Shown piece after piece: positions 26,013 to 37,359 of a stretch of DNA of 64,000 nucleotides. The position numbers were made by a program, and so were the translations under genes. The stretch spans positions 28,154,599 to 28,218,598 of the forward strand of contig NC_068993.1 in assembly GCF_001194135.2 (NCBI RefSeq), read 5' to 3'. The notes beneath the pieces are model-generated. The model had not been told where the DNA came from and did not search any database. It worked only from the letters and a program-made list of their open reading frames with translations. The DNA comes from Octopus bimaculoides (taxonomy: Eukaryota). The first letter of the stretch is position 1, and each line of letters starts with the position of its first letter.

Positions 26013-28309
26013 TATCGAATGCTTTGCTCAAATCAACAAAGCAATGGTACAAAGCAAGATTCTGTTAAATGCACTTTTCTTGTAATTATCTGACAGTAAA
26101 GATACAATCAGCTGTGCCCTTGGAGGAACAAAAACCACACTGAGACTTAGACACTATATTTGGAACTATAAAGGTATTTAAACATTCTAACAAAATGTGG
26201 GCAAGTACCTTTCCAACCACAGACAAAAGCGAAATCCCACGAAAATTACCACACAGATCCTTTGGCCCCGATTTATGCAAGGAGACTAAAATGGCATCAA
26301 TCCAGTCTTGAGGCACTTTCTCAGTTTTCTAACAATGACAAATTAATATATTTAAGAGTTCACCCCCATATTTCAAGACTTCTGCACAGATTCCATCAGA
26401 CCCTAGAGACCTATTGTTATTCAGCTTATTCACAGCTAAATAAATGTTGTTTAGAGTTGGTTCAAATGCCATCTCTTATATAACTGGAAGTTGTTCAATT
26501 TTTTCTATTGTACTCATGTCAACAGATGATGGTCTATTCAAAAGTGCAGAAAAATGTTCTACGCAACACTTATGAATAGAATCAATGTCAGTCAGAATCA
26601 AACGTCCATTTGCTGTTCTCACTGGAGCTATTGAAAAAGATTTTGGGCCATATACCACCTTAATATAAGAGTACAACCCTTTGGCATCATTTCTATCAGC
26701 TGCTTCTTGTGCCCCTTTGGCTCTATCATTCCACCATTCCTGTTTAATTTTCCTTAGAGCAGTCTGCACTTTCCCTTTCAGCTTTCTGTAAGCTTCGTTT
26801 GAGTTGGGGTTCAAGGACTGAGAAAGTGTGTTGCCTAAGTTTTGTTTTTCTAAAAGTAGATCATGAATTTCTGCTGATCTCTCTGAGAACCAGGCACTGG
26901 ATTTATGTGATTTAAATCCCACTGACGAACTTGCAGCCTGAAATACTTTTGTTTTGATATCTTCCCATAGATTGTTTGGGTCAAGATTGATACTTTCTAT
27001 AGCCTCATGGAATTTATTCAAGTTGCTTAATAATTTAAAGTTGGCAACATTTAACTTTTTGGGTACCTTATGACCAGACTGTCGATTTTTAGGTATTATC
27101 GAAAAATCTATTTTGCCACGCAGTAGATGATGGTCAGTCCAGCTCTCTGCCCCTTTCATGACCTGAACGCTAGAAACATTTTTCATATCACTTTTCTTGA
27201 TCAGAATATAATCTATGAGATGCCAGTTCTTAGATCTTGGGTGCATCCAGGTGGTTTTATATTTATTTTTCTGCTTAAACAGAATGTTGGTGACAACCAG
27301 ATTATTCTCAGTACAAAACGCCAAAAGAGCTACTCCATTTTTATTACATTTTCCAATTCCATGTCGACCTAAAACAGGCCATGAAACATAGTCCTTTGCA
27401 ACTCTTGCATTGAAATCTCCCAATATGACCAGCTTGTCAGAAATCGGTACTTTCCTCAATAACTGTACTAGATCATCATAAAACGGTCCTACAGTTTCAT
27501 CAGAATGGGACATTGTTGGTGCATAAATACTGACAACAGTAAGAAACCTACCTTTTGTCAGTTTAATAAGGCATGCCATGATCTGCTCAGGTACACCACT
27601 TGGAAGCTCTGCAATGGAGGATACTAATTTGTTCTTGAGAGCAAACCCAACACCAGATTCTCTACGCTGACCCTCAGGTAGGCTTCTCCAAAAGATAGTG
27701 TATCCATAAGTAGGTTCATTTAGTTGACCTTCACCAGAGAGACGAGTTTCAGAGAGCGCAACTATATCGAGAAATTATCATCAAGAAGTGTGCACACATT
27801 CCAACAGCCAAAATTCAGAAGATGTTTATTTTTACTTTTTCTTGAAGATTGTTTGACCACAGTGGCAGGATGATGACCGGGTCCAGCCTGTGATAGACTA
27901 GGACACCTGCCGAGCCAGACCTGTTCCCCTGACATTCCCAAGCCTTTTTTGCCCTTTACTGAATCTGTTTCAGACATTTTAAAGTAAGTGCATTTTTAGG
28001 CTTCTGCCAACCAACCAATTCAATGATTTTACCAAGATTTGGAGTACAGGAAGTACCTGTACAGATGAATGATTTTCAGTGGGTGTAGCTTGCACTGCAC
28101 TACCCCCATCTATTGGCCCAAGAAGACTTTCACCGGTGTGACATCGAAATTGACAAAACCAGGAACTTCCAAGGCCTCAGGTTTTATTTCGGAGATTTCC
28201 TTCTCCTAGATAGATTACCAACCAAGGTTAAAGAGCTTCTACCTGCCCATGAGGTAAGCTATCCCATTCCAGACACCAAACCAACACTCCCCAAAATTAA
28301 ACATATACA

Positions 28310-28378
<69 letters not shown>

Positions 28379-28550
28379 TTATTTATTTATAATACAATAC
28401 ACTTTATTGAAATAGCGTTTCCCCAAAATTACACATATTTATAGAAACTCACACACACAAAACATATGCACACATATATACATACAATTTACCCACATAC
28501 ATACTCTCACAGACACACAAATATTTTACCCAGACATATACATATATATA

Positions 28551-28626
<76 letters not shown>

Positions 28627-28653
28627 CTTATATATATATACATTTATATATGC

Positions 28654-28684
<31 letters not shown>

Positions 28685-28715
28685 TATATATACACATATA
28701 TATACATATATATAC
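28310..28715. repeat. Compound (AT)n/(AC)n microsatellite; similar tracts at 1-28, 16260-16322, 16430-16468, 19700-19830, 20040-20150, 30420-30502, 32558-32960, 34135-34176, 40324-40378, 51278-51330
   Basis: Directly visible simple repeats. Confidence 0.95.
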
Positions 28716-29105
28716 ATTATGGATTGGTTCTCGTGCCAGTGGCACGTAAAAAGCACCCTTGGAGCATGATCGTTTCCAGTGTCACCTTACCGGTACATGT
28801 GCCGGTGGCACGTGAAAAACAGCATTCAGCGTGGTCATTGCCAGTGCCGCCAGACTGGCTCCCATGCAGTTGCATGTAAAAAAACACCTTTTGAGCATAG
28901 TCATTGCCAGAAACACCTGACTCGCCCTCATGCCAGTGGCACGTAAAAGCACCCATTATACTCTCAGAGTGATTGGCGTTAGGAAGGGCATCCAGCTGTA
29001 GAAACTCTGCCAGATCAGATTGAGCCTGGTGCAGCCTTCTGACTAACCACTCCTCAGCCAAAACGTCCAACCGGACATTAAACGACAATGATGATGATGA
29101 TGATA
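28716..29105 (+). mobile_element. RTE-X-like 3' tail/SINE-like copy
   Basis: Same family motifs, with internal gtgccagtggcacgtaaaa repeats. Confidence 0.75.
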
Positions 29106-29112
29106 TATATAT

Positions 29113-30357
29113 GTATCTGTAAATAATATGTGACAATTATTCAGTAGCCATGATAAAACTCCGAGTTTCGGATGTTGGGGCGGAAACCCACACCGCTATC
29201 TCTTCAGTTACCTGGCCATCGAAAAAAATGCTATGCAAATGACCGTTAAACAAAGGGAAATAACTGTGTGATTGACCGTTATTAAGACAAAAGAGCTATT
29301 AGAATGATCGCTAAGTGAGGGGAGGGAGTAAAATGTCCATAGTATTCGTGTAAGTGCACCAGTCCATACATACACATGCGTGCCCGCACACCCATGTACA
29401 TGCGCCTATATGTATATCCTCATCCACCCTCACTTGAAACACACACACGCATGCAACACACTTGCACACATACACACGTGCGCAAAAAAAGTTCATACGC
29501 ACATCTATATACGCATATGCACAAGAAAAAACAGAGCTAAAATCAAAATACAGAAAAATGTGTAAGACAGTGTAAAAAAGCAATAAGGGTAAAATATGTC
29601 TATATACACACATTCTCGCTTGCACACACATGTCTATATACGCACATACCTGCACACACACACATCCACAAGTGTGCACAAAAGGTTCCATGTACACATC
29701 TATATACGCACAGGAAAAATGCAGGGTGGAAGGTAGAATACAGAAAAAATATGTGTAAAAAGTATATGAGCGATTAACCTATAAAACAATATCTCTATAA
29801 ATATGTAAAACAATATAAAAATATATAAGCAATGTAAGTAAAAAGTATAGAGAGATAAAAAGCTTGTACATAGACACAATATAGAAAGCAAGTCCTATCT
29901 ATAATCTCGAGGGGACCAAAATCGCGTGTGTATGTGTGTGAGCATGTTGCGTGCATGTGTGTGTGCGAGCGTGTATGCGGGTATGTATATATTTTTGGGG
30001 CGAATGTGTGGGTGAGCATGTGTGTGTTTCAAGTGAGGGTGGATGAAGATATACATTTAGGCGCATATACGTGGGTGTGCAGGCGCGCATATGTATGTAA
30101 GGACTGGTGCGCTTACGTGAATACTATGGACATTTTTACTTCCTTACCTTTACTCCCTCCCCTCACTTAGTGGTCATTCTAAAAGCTTTGTCTTAATAAC
30201 GGTCAATCACACAGTAATTTCCCTTCATTTAACAGTCATTTTCATAGCATTTTTTTCGATGGCCAGATAACTGAAGAGTTGGCAGCATGGGTTTCCGCCC
30301 CGACATCTGAGTTTTATCATGGCTACCGAATAATAGCCATATATTATTTACAGATAA
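29113..30357. mobile_element. Inverted-repeat element (about 340-bp arms) with outward-facing hammerhead motifs; Penelope pLTR-like
   Basis: 29113-about 29450 is the reverse complement of about 30010-30357, around a CA/TG-rich spacer. CTGAAGA core at both outer ends. Confidence 0.8.
29147..29216 (-). ncRNA. Type I hammerhead ribozyme motif (antisense to host gene)
   Basis: GCCA GGTAA CTGAAGA GATAGCGG..CCGC..CATC C GAAA CTC G GAG TT TTATC A TGGC. Extended stem I, 1-nt-loop stem III, GUU triplet; the stem II junction is imperfect. Confidence 0.55.
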
Positions 30358-30416
30358 ATCCCTCTATTTAATATCGAGGTCTCTTTCTTTCTTTTGGTGT
30401 CTTACCTTTTCTATCA

Positions 30417-30460
<44 letters not shown>

Positions 30461-30470
30461 NNNNNNNNNN

Positions 30471-30504
<34 letters not shown>

Positions 30505-30505
<1 letters not shown>

Positions 30506-31935
30506 GTTCACCAAGGATCAGTCCTCAGCCTCTATGCTGATGACTTTGCTCTAATAGTTGAGTCACAATCAGAACTAGAGAAGTTTAAGGTGTGAAGGCA
30601 AGGTCTAGTATCAATGGGCCTTACGGTCAATCTAGCAGAAAGCAAAGTCTTAATAAGTAGGAAGGCAGACAAATCACAAATCCCTTCAGGTAGATGGCCC
30701 TGCTTGATCTGTAGGAAAGGTGTAGGTAGAAACTCCATAAGATATACCTGGTGTAAGCTATGAACACATAAGAGGGTCAACAATATCAAAGGAAGGCGAA
30801 CTGGGAAGATAGTTTTTATGTGTGGCAAATGCTCAGGAACAATAAACACTGAAAATGTGCAGAAACAGCTTCCATCACATGCTAGGGGAAAAACTAGAAG
30901 TAGTGGATAGGTGACCAAGTCAGTAATGGGGGATGGATGTTCTGAGAGTGTAGCTGCTAGAATAAGAATAGCCTGGGTGAAGTTCAGAGAGCTCCTACTT
31001 CTGCTGGTGGCAAAGGGCCTCTTGCTCAGAGTAAAAGGTAGACTGTATGACTCATATGTGTGAACAGCCATGCTACATAGCACTGAAGCATGGGCCGTGA
31101 CTGCTGAGGAATGAAGCTAGTATGCTCCACTGGATGTGTAATGTCAGTGTGCATACATGACAGTATAAGTACCCTGAGAGAAAAGTTGGACATAAAAAGC
31201 ATCAGATGTGGTGTGCAAGAGACAACTGTGCTGCTGTGGTCATATGTTGCATATGGATGAGGACATCTGTGTGAAAAAGTGTCACACCGTAGCAGTAGAG
31301 GGAACCTCTGGAAGAGGTAGACCCAGGAAGATTGAGATGAAGTGGTGAAGCACGACCTCCAAATGTTGGGCCTCACAGAGGCAATAACAAGTGACTGAGA
31401 TCTTTGAAGATATGCTGTGCTTGAGAAGACCCGGCAAGCCAAGTGAGACCATAACCAGTGCAGCATAACCAGCCCATTTAAGAGTACCTGTCAGTCATTG
31501 GGCAATAAACTGCACTTGTGAAGATCTGTTGAGTCAAGTGAAGTCATTGTTGTGGCCAATGACATTACTACCAGATTGGCACCTGTGCCGGTGGCACTTA
31601 AAAAGCATCATTCGAGTGTGGTCGATGCCAATGCCAACTGACTGGTTCCGTGCCGATGGCATGAAAAAAGCACCATTTGAACATGGTCATTGCCAGTACT
31701 ACATGACTGGCTCCTATGCCAGTAGCACATAAAAAGCACCATTCAAGTGTGGTCGATGTCAGTAAAAAGCACCCACTACACTCTCGGAGTGGTTGGCATT
31801 AGGAAGGGCATCCAGCTGTAGAAACTTTGCCAAATCAGATTGGAACCTGGTACAGCCTTCTGGCTTGCCAGCCTTGTCAAACCATCTGCCCATGTCAGCA
31901 TGGAAAGTGGACATTAAATGGCGATGATGATGATC
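30505..31935 (+). mobile_element. Degenerate RTE-X-like LINE 3' portion
   Basis: GVHQGSVLS..LYADD region, Cys-rich finger and 3' tail. Confidence 0.8.
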
Positions 31936-32550
31936 CCCATAACCACACACAAACTTTCACATACAAACATACATATTGGCCCTTACACTAAAAATACAAT
32001 AAATTTCTTCAAATTCAGTGGCTAACCCAAGCAGTCTTGGATGAATGATTTTATCTTTTGATATCTTGTGTTGCTTAAGTGTTGTAAGTATGTTTTTTCT
32101 TTTTTTTTTTAAAAAAAAGACCTCGTAGATTTTTTTAAAAGACTTCAAGGTGACCACCTTTATGAAATATCGCAGTTTAGAATATGGCCCTCTTGAACGC
32201 AGTTCACCCTTCAGCATGGGGCTCAACTGGGAGCAATCAGTCCAACTGGCTTAGGACCGGTCCTGTGCACAAGCTTTTGTCACTTAAACCCAGTGACATA
32301 CAGATATCTCAGTATTTGTGAGACTACTATCATCTGACAAGATGAGGCAATCATCGTGTGTTTGTGCATGTGTATGTGTATGTAGTATTTAAAAAGACAT
32401 CAGTGGTGCATAATAGATTGCCATAGGTTTCCATCTGCTGTATCGATTTCTCACTACAAAATTCCATAAAACATAATATTACTTAAGAGCAGCATTTACC
32501 TGCATGTAAAGTTGTATATAGCACAATTTAAACCCTTGAAATTATTTACA

Positions 32551-32589
<39 letters not shown>

Positions 32590-32919
32590 NNNNNNNNNNN
32601 NNNNNNNNNNNNNNNNNNNNNNNNNNNNNNNNNNNNNNNNNNNNNNNNNNNNNNNNNNNNNNNNNNNNNNNNNNNNNNNNNNNNNNNNNNNNNNNNNNNN
32701 NNNNNNNNNNNNNNNNNNNNNNNNNNNNNNNNNNNNNNNNNNNNNNNNNNNNNNNNNNNNNNNNNNNNNNNNNNNNNNNNNNNNNNNNNNNNNNNNNNNN
32801 NNNNNNNNNNNNNNNNNNNNNNNNNNNNNNNNNNNNNNNNNNNNNNNNNNNNNNNNNNNNNNNNNNNNNNNNNNNNNNNNNNNNNNNNNNNNNNNNNNNN
32901 NNNNNNNNNNNNNNNNNNN

Positions 32920-32956
<37 letters not shown>

Positions 32957-34132
32957 ATATACATACACACACACACTACATTTTTTTAAGTGTGCGTGTA
33001 CACATATGAATACTCACTCACATAGTTATACTGCTTATGTTTACTGATATGATTATGTACATACATATATCTATCTATCTATCTATCTATCTACAGTGTC
33101 TGTGTGTGTGTGTGTGTATTTCTGCTGTAACATATGGTTGTCATCCATTCTTGTATCACCAATCTTCTTTCCACATCCTGTCTGCTGCACTAAAAGTTGG
33201 TTCTGTTTGCAGTGCATCTTGTGACTTGCAAAACTCCTTAATCTCCTCTGTATGGTTCATTGTAAAGGTCAACCTGGGGTTAGCTGTCTCTCTGGTTAAA
33301 CATACAACACACACACTCTCTCCTCCCCCCTCTTTATACATCATGTACTTCTACACTGAAATCTATGCAAATCTTAGACAGTGCCTTTCTCTCTCTCATT
33401 GTGTGTGTGTGTGTGTGTGTGTGTATAGATCTTTTAATGTATATATTATTAAATTTCTCTTTGCTAACTTCTTCTGGTTTCCTTCTCTTGCTCTTGTTCT
33501 CTCCACTTCTCTCACTATCACCAACATAGGAACAATTTTCGGATTTTGCTATCATGTAAAAAAAGACCAAGACATTTTCACTTTATCATCATCATCACTA
33601 CTATCATCGCCATCACTGCTGTCATCACCATCATCACCATAGGAAAGACGTCTATTTGAACTGCTAGAAATGGCCATTTTAAATAAGGACTTGACACATT
33701 AGATAAAGTATTACATAACCTTAAAAAGAGAGAATGACAACAGCTGGAAAACCTTCTGTTGTGGATACTGACGTGGTTGTGTGACTGAGAAATTCTTTCT
33801 TTTGTATTGTCTTTACTTAACCCCTCACTTCTTAAAATCCTGTCTCCCGTCTCCTCTCTCTCTCTCTCTGTCTCTTAATTGATTCCACTATTTCTACCTC
33901 TCTCTCCCTCTCCTCAATACCAATATCATTCTCACCCCATTACCATAACTATCAACTATTTATTCCTTATTTGTTTTAAGTTATATCCCTCAATATTACA
34001 CAGAAATTACATATACATTTAGTAGGGTAACTGCAAATGTAGCCCCACCCCCACCCCTTACTAGGGTGGGGGTGAATGATTTCATTATTATTTTACCAGG
34101 ATTCACTCAACTCTCTCTGTCTTTCTCCCTCT

Positions 34133-34178
<46 letters not shown>

Positions 34179-34779
34179 AAACTGTTGATGATATAAGTTG
34201 AGTGCTACTCAGTTAAATAGAGTGTGTTTGGGTTCAAACTATTCCACTATATTTAAAAGTTTTTAAAAGGCATAAGCACTTCCTTTGGATTCACTACAGA
34301 TTAAATAAACTACAGATTTAGTCAAATTTGTGATTTGTAATAAAAAAAAAATACTCCAATCATCATCATCATAATTATTGTTATAATTAAAGATGATGAT
34401 TCTGAGATCAAATCAACTTTGTCTTTCATCCTTTTAAGGATAATGAAGTAAGTGCCAATTGAGTTTTGAGGTCATTGTAACTGACTAGCCCATCTGCCCA
34501 CCCACTAAATCTCAAGTCTTGTGCCTATTGTAGAAATGATTATCAAAGATGATGGATTGCCAGAAATAGAAAGGCAGTAGATAAAATGCCTTGTGATTGT
34601 TGTTTTGGCTCTTTCCCTTCTAAGTTTAAACCTTGCTAAGTTCAACTTTACTTTTTGTCCCTCTGGGATGATTAAATACCAGTGAATTATGAAGGTCAAT
34701 ACAATCAACCAACTCCCTCCTCTCACATTTTGCCTATGTTAATCATTTTCACTATTATTATTATTATCATTAAGGTCAC

Positions 34780-34987
34780 AAGCTGGCAGAATTGTTAGCA
34801 TGCCAAGCAAAATGTTTCGCAATATTTTGTCCGTCCTTACATTCTGAGTTCAAATTCTACCAAGGTCAACTTTGTCTTTCCTCCTTTTGGGGTTAATGAA
34901 ATAAGTATCAGTTACACACTGGGGTCGATGTAATCAACTAGTGCACCCCCCCCCCAATTCCAGGCCGTGTGCCTTTAGTAGAAAGGA
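34780..34987 (+). mobile_element. CORE-type SINE ending about 40 bp before the Btk-motif exon
   Basis: gctggcagaattgttagc..gagttcaaattc..aaggtcaactttgtctttcctcc. Confidence 0.75.
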
Positions 34988-35029
34988 TTGTTGTTGTTGT
35001 TGTTATTATTTGATTTTACATTTTTACAG

Positions 35030-35167
35030 GATGTCTGAAGAAAAATGCCAGTTTCTACCTTAAATACCATCCTGGGGTATGGACAAAGAGTTTAAAGAAG
35101 TACAAATGCTGTGACCAGATTGACCGCAATGCTCCAGGATGTAAACTGTCTTTTATTGAGAGACATG
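35030..35167 (+). CDS. Btk29A: Tec-family kinase exon: Btk zinc-binding motif
   Basis: Acceptor tttttacag|GA and donor CATG|gtaagg; 138 nt, phase 1-1, in frame with exon 8691-8784. Translation GCLKKNASFYLKYHPGVWTKSLKKYKCCDQIDRNAPGCKLSFIERH contains YHP.W...CC...APGC (H,C,C,C zinc ligands). Confidence 0.93.
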
Positions 35168-35308
35168 GTAAGGTGGCTTCATGAGACTACAAAATACAGT
35201 TACAACCCTTTAATTTTCAAATTTCATTGAGTTTAACTTTGCTTTTTATTCTTCCAGGATTGATAAAATATAGTACCAATGAAGCACAGGGGTTGATTTC
35301 ACATTCCT

Positions 35309-36116
35309 ATGTTCCTAACATAGAAGCAAGGGTCCATCTGCATGGTTACTCAACATTCAAAAAGTATCAGCCAAATTTGCCTCACATCACAACCTTCCAT
35401 TCTAGAGAAGTGAAAGACACATTTGATAGTGTAATGTAATCCCAGATACCCTAGATGTTAATGGAATGACAATGAAAGAATTGTTTTCAACAAAATACTG
35501 CACCCAAAATATAAGTCAGCAAGTGAGCCTCTGTGCTTAACTTATTAGAAACAGCAGCCAAATCTCCCTCAAATCCCCACCCCACCGTATTAGAAAAGGT
35601 AATTTTTGGATAATGTAGTCCTGTACATAGGAAAAAGACAAGCTGGTCATGATTTGAATACTTTTGATCATAGATATCTTTAAATCAGGGCTAACCTGAG
35701 ACTAAAGAACAACAGCTAGTTTCTGCATGGCTAATCAACATGTTAAAAATAGCAAACAAATACCACTTGAATTTTCCTACTTCCTTGAGGAAGAAAAGGA
35801 TGCATTGGATAAAGTAGTCCTTGAACACCTTAAACAGATGCAGTTTGAAATGTCTCTGTCTGTTTCATCAGTGTTAACCTGGAACTAAACAACAATACAA
35901 TTCCTTACCATATCCAAAGTCAAAATCAGACAAACCAACTGACACTCAAAAAGATATTCCTGTACTATACAAATGTTCCTAACATAGAAGCAAGGGTCCA
36001 TCTGCATGGTTACTCAACATTCAAAAAGTATCAGCCAAATTTGCCTCACATCACAACCTTCCATTCTAGAGAAGTGAAAGACACATTTGATAGTGTAATG
36101 TAATCCCAGATACCCT
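35309..36116 (+). repeat. Identical 144-bp direct repeat (35309-35452 and 35973-36116)
   Basis: Read base by base with no mismatch seen; 520-bp spacer with no N gap. Confidence 0.85.
35535..35900 (+). repeat. Two adjacent copies of an old dispersed repeat (also about 555-723, 11080-11210, 33650-33760, 36140-36320, 47690-48105; minus copy about 8900-9000)
   Basis: Shared motifs agaaatagcagccaaatctccctcaaatc..ttggataatgtagtcct..ttgatcatag..ctaaacaacaa. Confidence 0.6.
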
Positions 36117-36606
36117 GGAAAGAAGGTGCCTCTGAAGGTTATACGATTTACTAAAAGTAACAGTCACACTTCTCTCAAATTGTCTTTAAAGATGTGAGAA
36201 CAAATTGAATAAAACAAATTAGGTACACTGTGCCTGAAAAAATGATGGAGTGATTATGGTGAGGATGTCATTTATCATAGGTCTAATCAGTCAGAGATAG
36301 TCTAGAATCAAGCAACAAATAAAACATATCACACAACAATATCGTAAATTTACATCTGCAGACATCCAATGCATCATCCAGGTACACTTAAACTGTACTC
36401 TTGGCTCTAACTCAGAACACACACTATGCAGACACACCCAGACCTCATTCATGGACCTAACACAGAACAAATACTAGCCAAGCACACTCAATCTAATTAT
36501 GTATGTATGTTTCTACTGTAACAAGTTTGTTATTTCTTTGATATGCCTACACCGTATGAACCCAAACACTTTTTTAGCTTTGCCTCCCCATTGTGCACAT
36601 ATACAC

Positions 36607-36855
36607 CTACATACCTAGGGGTATATACATGACAATGATGGAGCCTCTATGCAGTTGCACATCTAGTTCATGATGATTTAAGTGGTCTTTCTGAAACAAA
36701 TTATAGCCAGTCGTGTTAAAAACACCATCACAGAGTAAAATATGTATCCAAGTTCCCATGACTGTACTGAAATCAGGGTCTGTACTTTTAATGTAAGAGC
36801 AAAAAAAAAGGTGAACCTTGTTGCAGAAACTGTAGGAATTTAAAAATACTCTCAT
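36607..36855 (-). mobile_element. Apurinic-type endonuclease fragment of a CR1/L2-like LINE
   Basis: VMGTWIH...GVFNTTGYNLFQKD resembles the (S)ETWL..I.GY.LFRKDR motif. Confidence 0.4.
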
Positions 36856-37359
36856 GTAGCACTAAGTCACAATTCAAGGAAACTACAGTACATAACTTCG
36901 GGTGTATATAAGGTGGTAAGCCAGGGCAAGTTTGACAAAGGATTTTATTTTCACAACTAGCCTTATCAAAGGCTCATTAACATACACATGCTTCAGTAGA
37001 ACTTGAGAAACTTAATCCAACTATTAGTCTCACTGTTAATCTAACTAGTTGACTGAGCTGGAAGATATATTTTAGAGGAACACAATCAAAGTCCTTGGAT
37101 GAGTTATCAGCAAGTGCTTATAATTTGATGATTCTTAGGGTATTGTTCTATTTTGAAATGAGTAGAATATTTGGGCTGAATATGGCCGGTTTAAATGCTA
37201 AAGGGTTAATATAAGAGAACAGAGCTAAAGTTGCATGCTACTGACTGCTGGTGGTATCTCCTTTATTTGGAGACAGACCTTCCTGATGGTTGTTTCATAC
37301 ATACATATACATGTAAATATATGCATATACGTATACATACATACATACATACATGTACA

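Larger units (their letters stand above)
23810..28275 (-). mobile_element. Near full-length decayed RTE (BovB-like) LINE with three C-terminal C2H2 fingers
   Basis: Endonuclease (LNFGCWNV, VSIYAPT, GDFNARV, IDYIL) and RT (NFRGISLLSVVGK, GVKQGD) motifs, RTE-type 5'UTR motif near 28200, (TATG)n tail; interrupted by N gap 25227-25863. Confidence 0.9.
19419..32265. mobile_element. hAT-type element shell expanded to 12.8 kb by nested insertions
   Basis: TIRs CAGGGCCGGCCTTAGG / CTTAGGACCGGTCCTG (12/16 match), perfect 8-bp TSD tgcacaag (19411-18, 32266-73). The interrupted host repeat resumes exactly after the right TSD. Confidence 0.85.

Noticed and set aside
28113-28879. YI/HT/CV-rich ORFs here and throughout the track
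   Set aside because: Translations of microsatellites.
28735-28950. Spaced gtgccagtggcacgtaaaa repeats resembling a CRISPR array
   Set aside because: Irregular internal repeats of a eukaryotic LINE/SINE tail; no cas genes and variable unit length.
8691-35167. Alternative assignment to GAP1/RASA family (also PH plus Btk motif)
   Set aside because: An in-frame SH3 exon follows, which fits Tec kinases and not RASA2/3/4.
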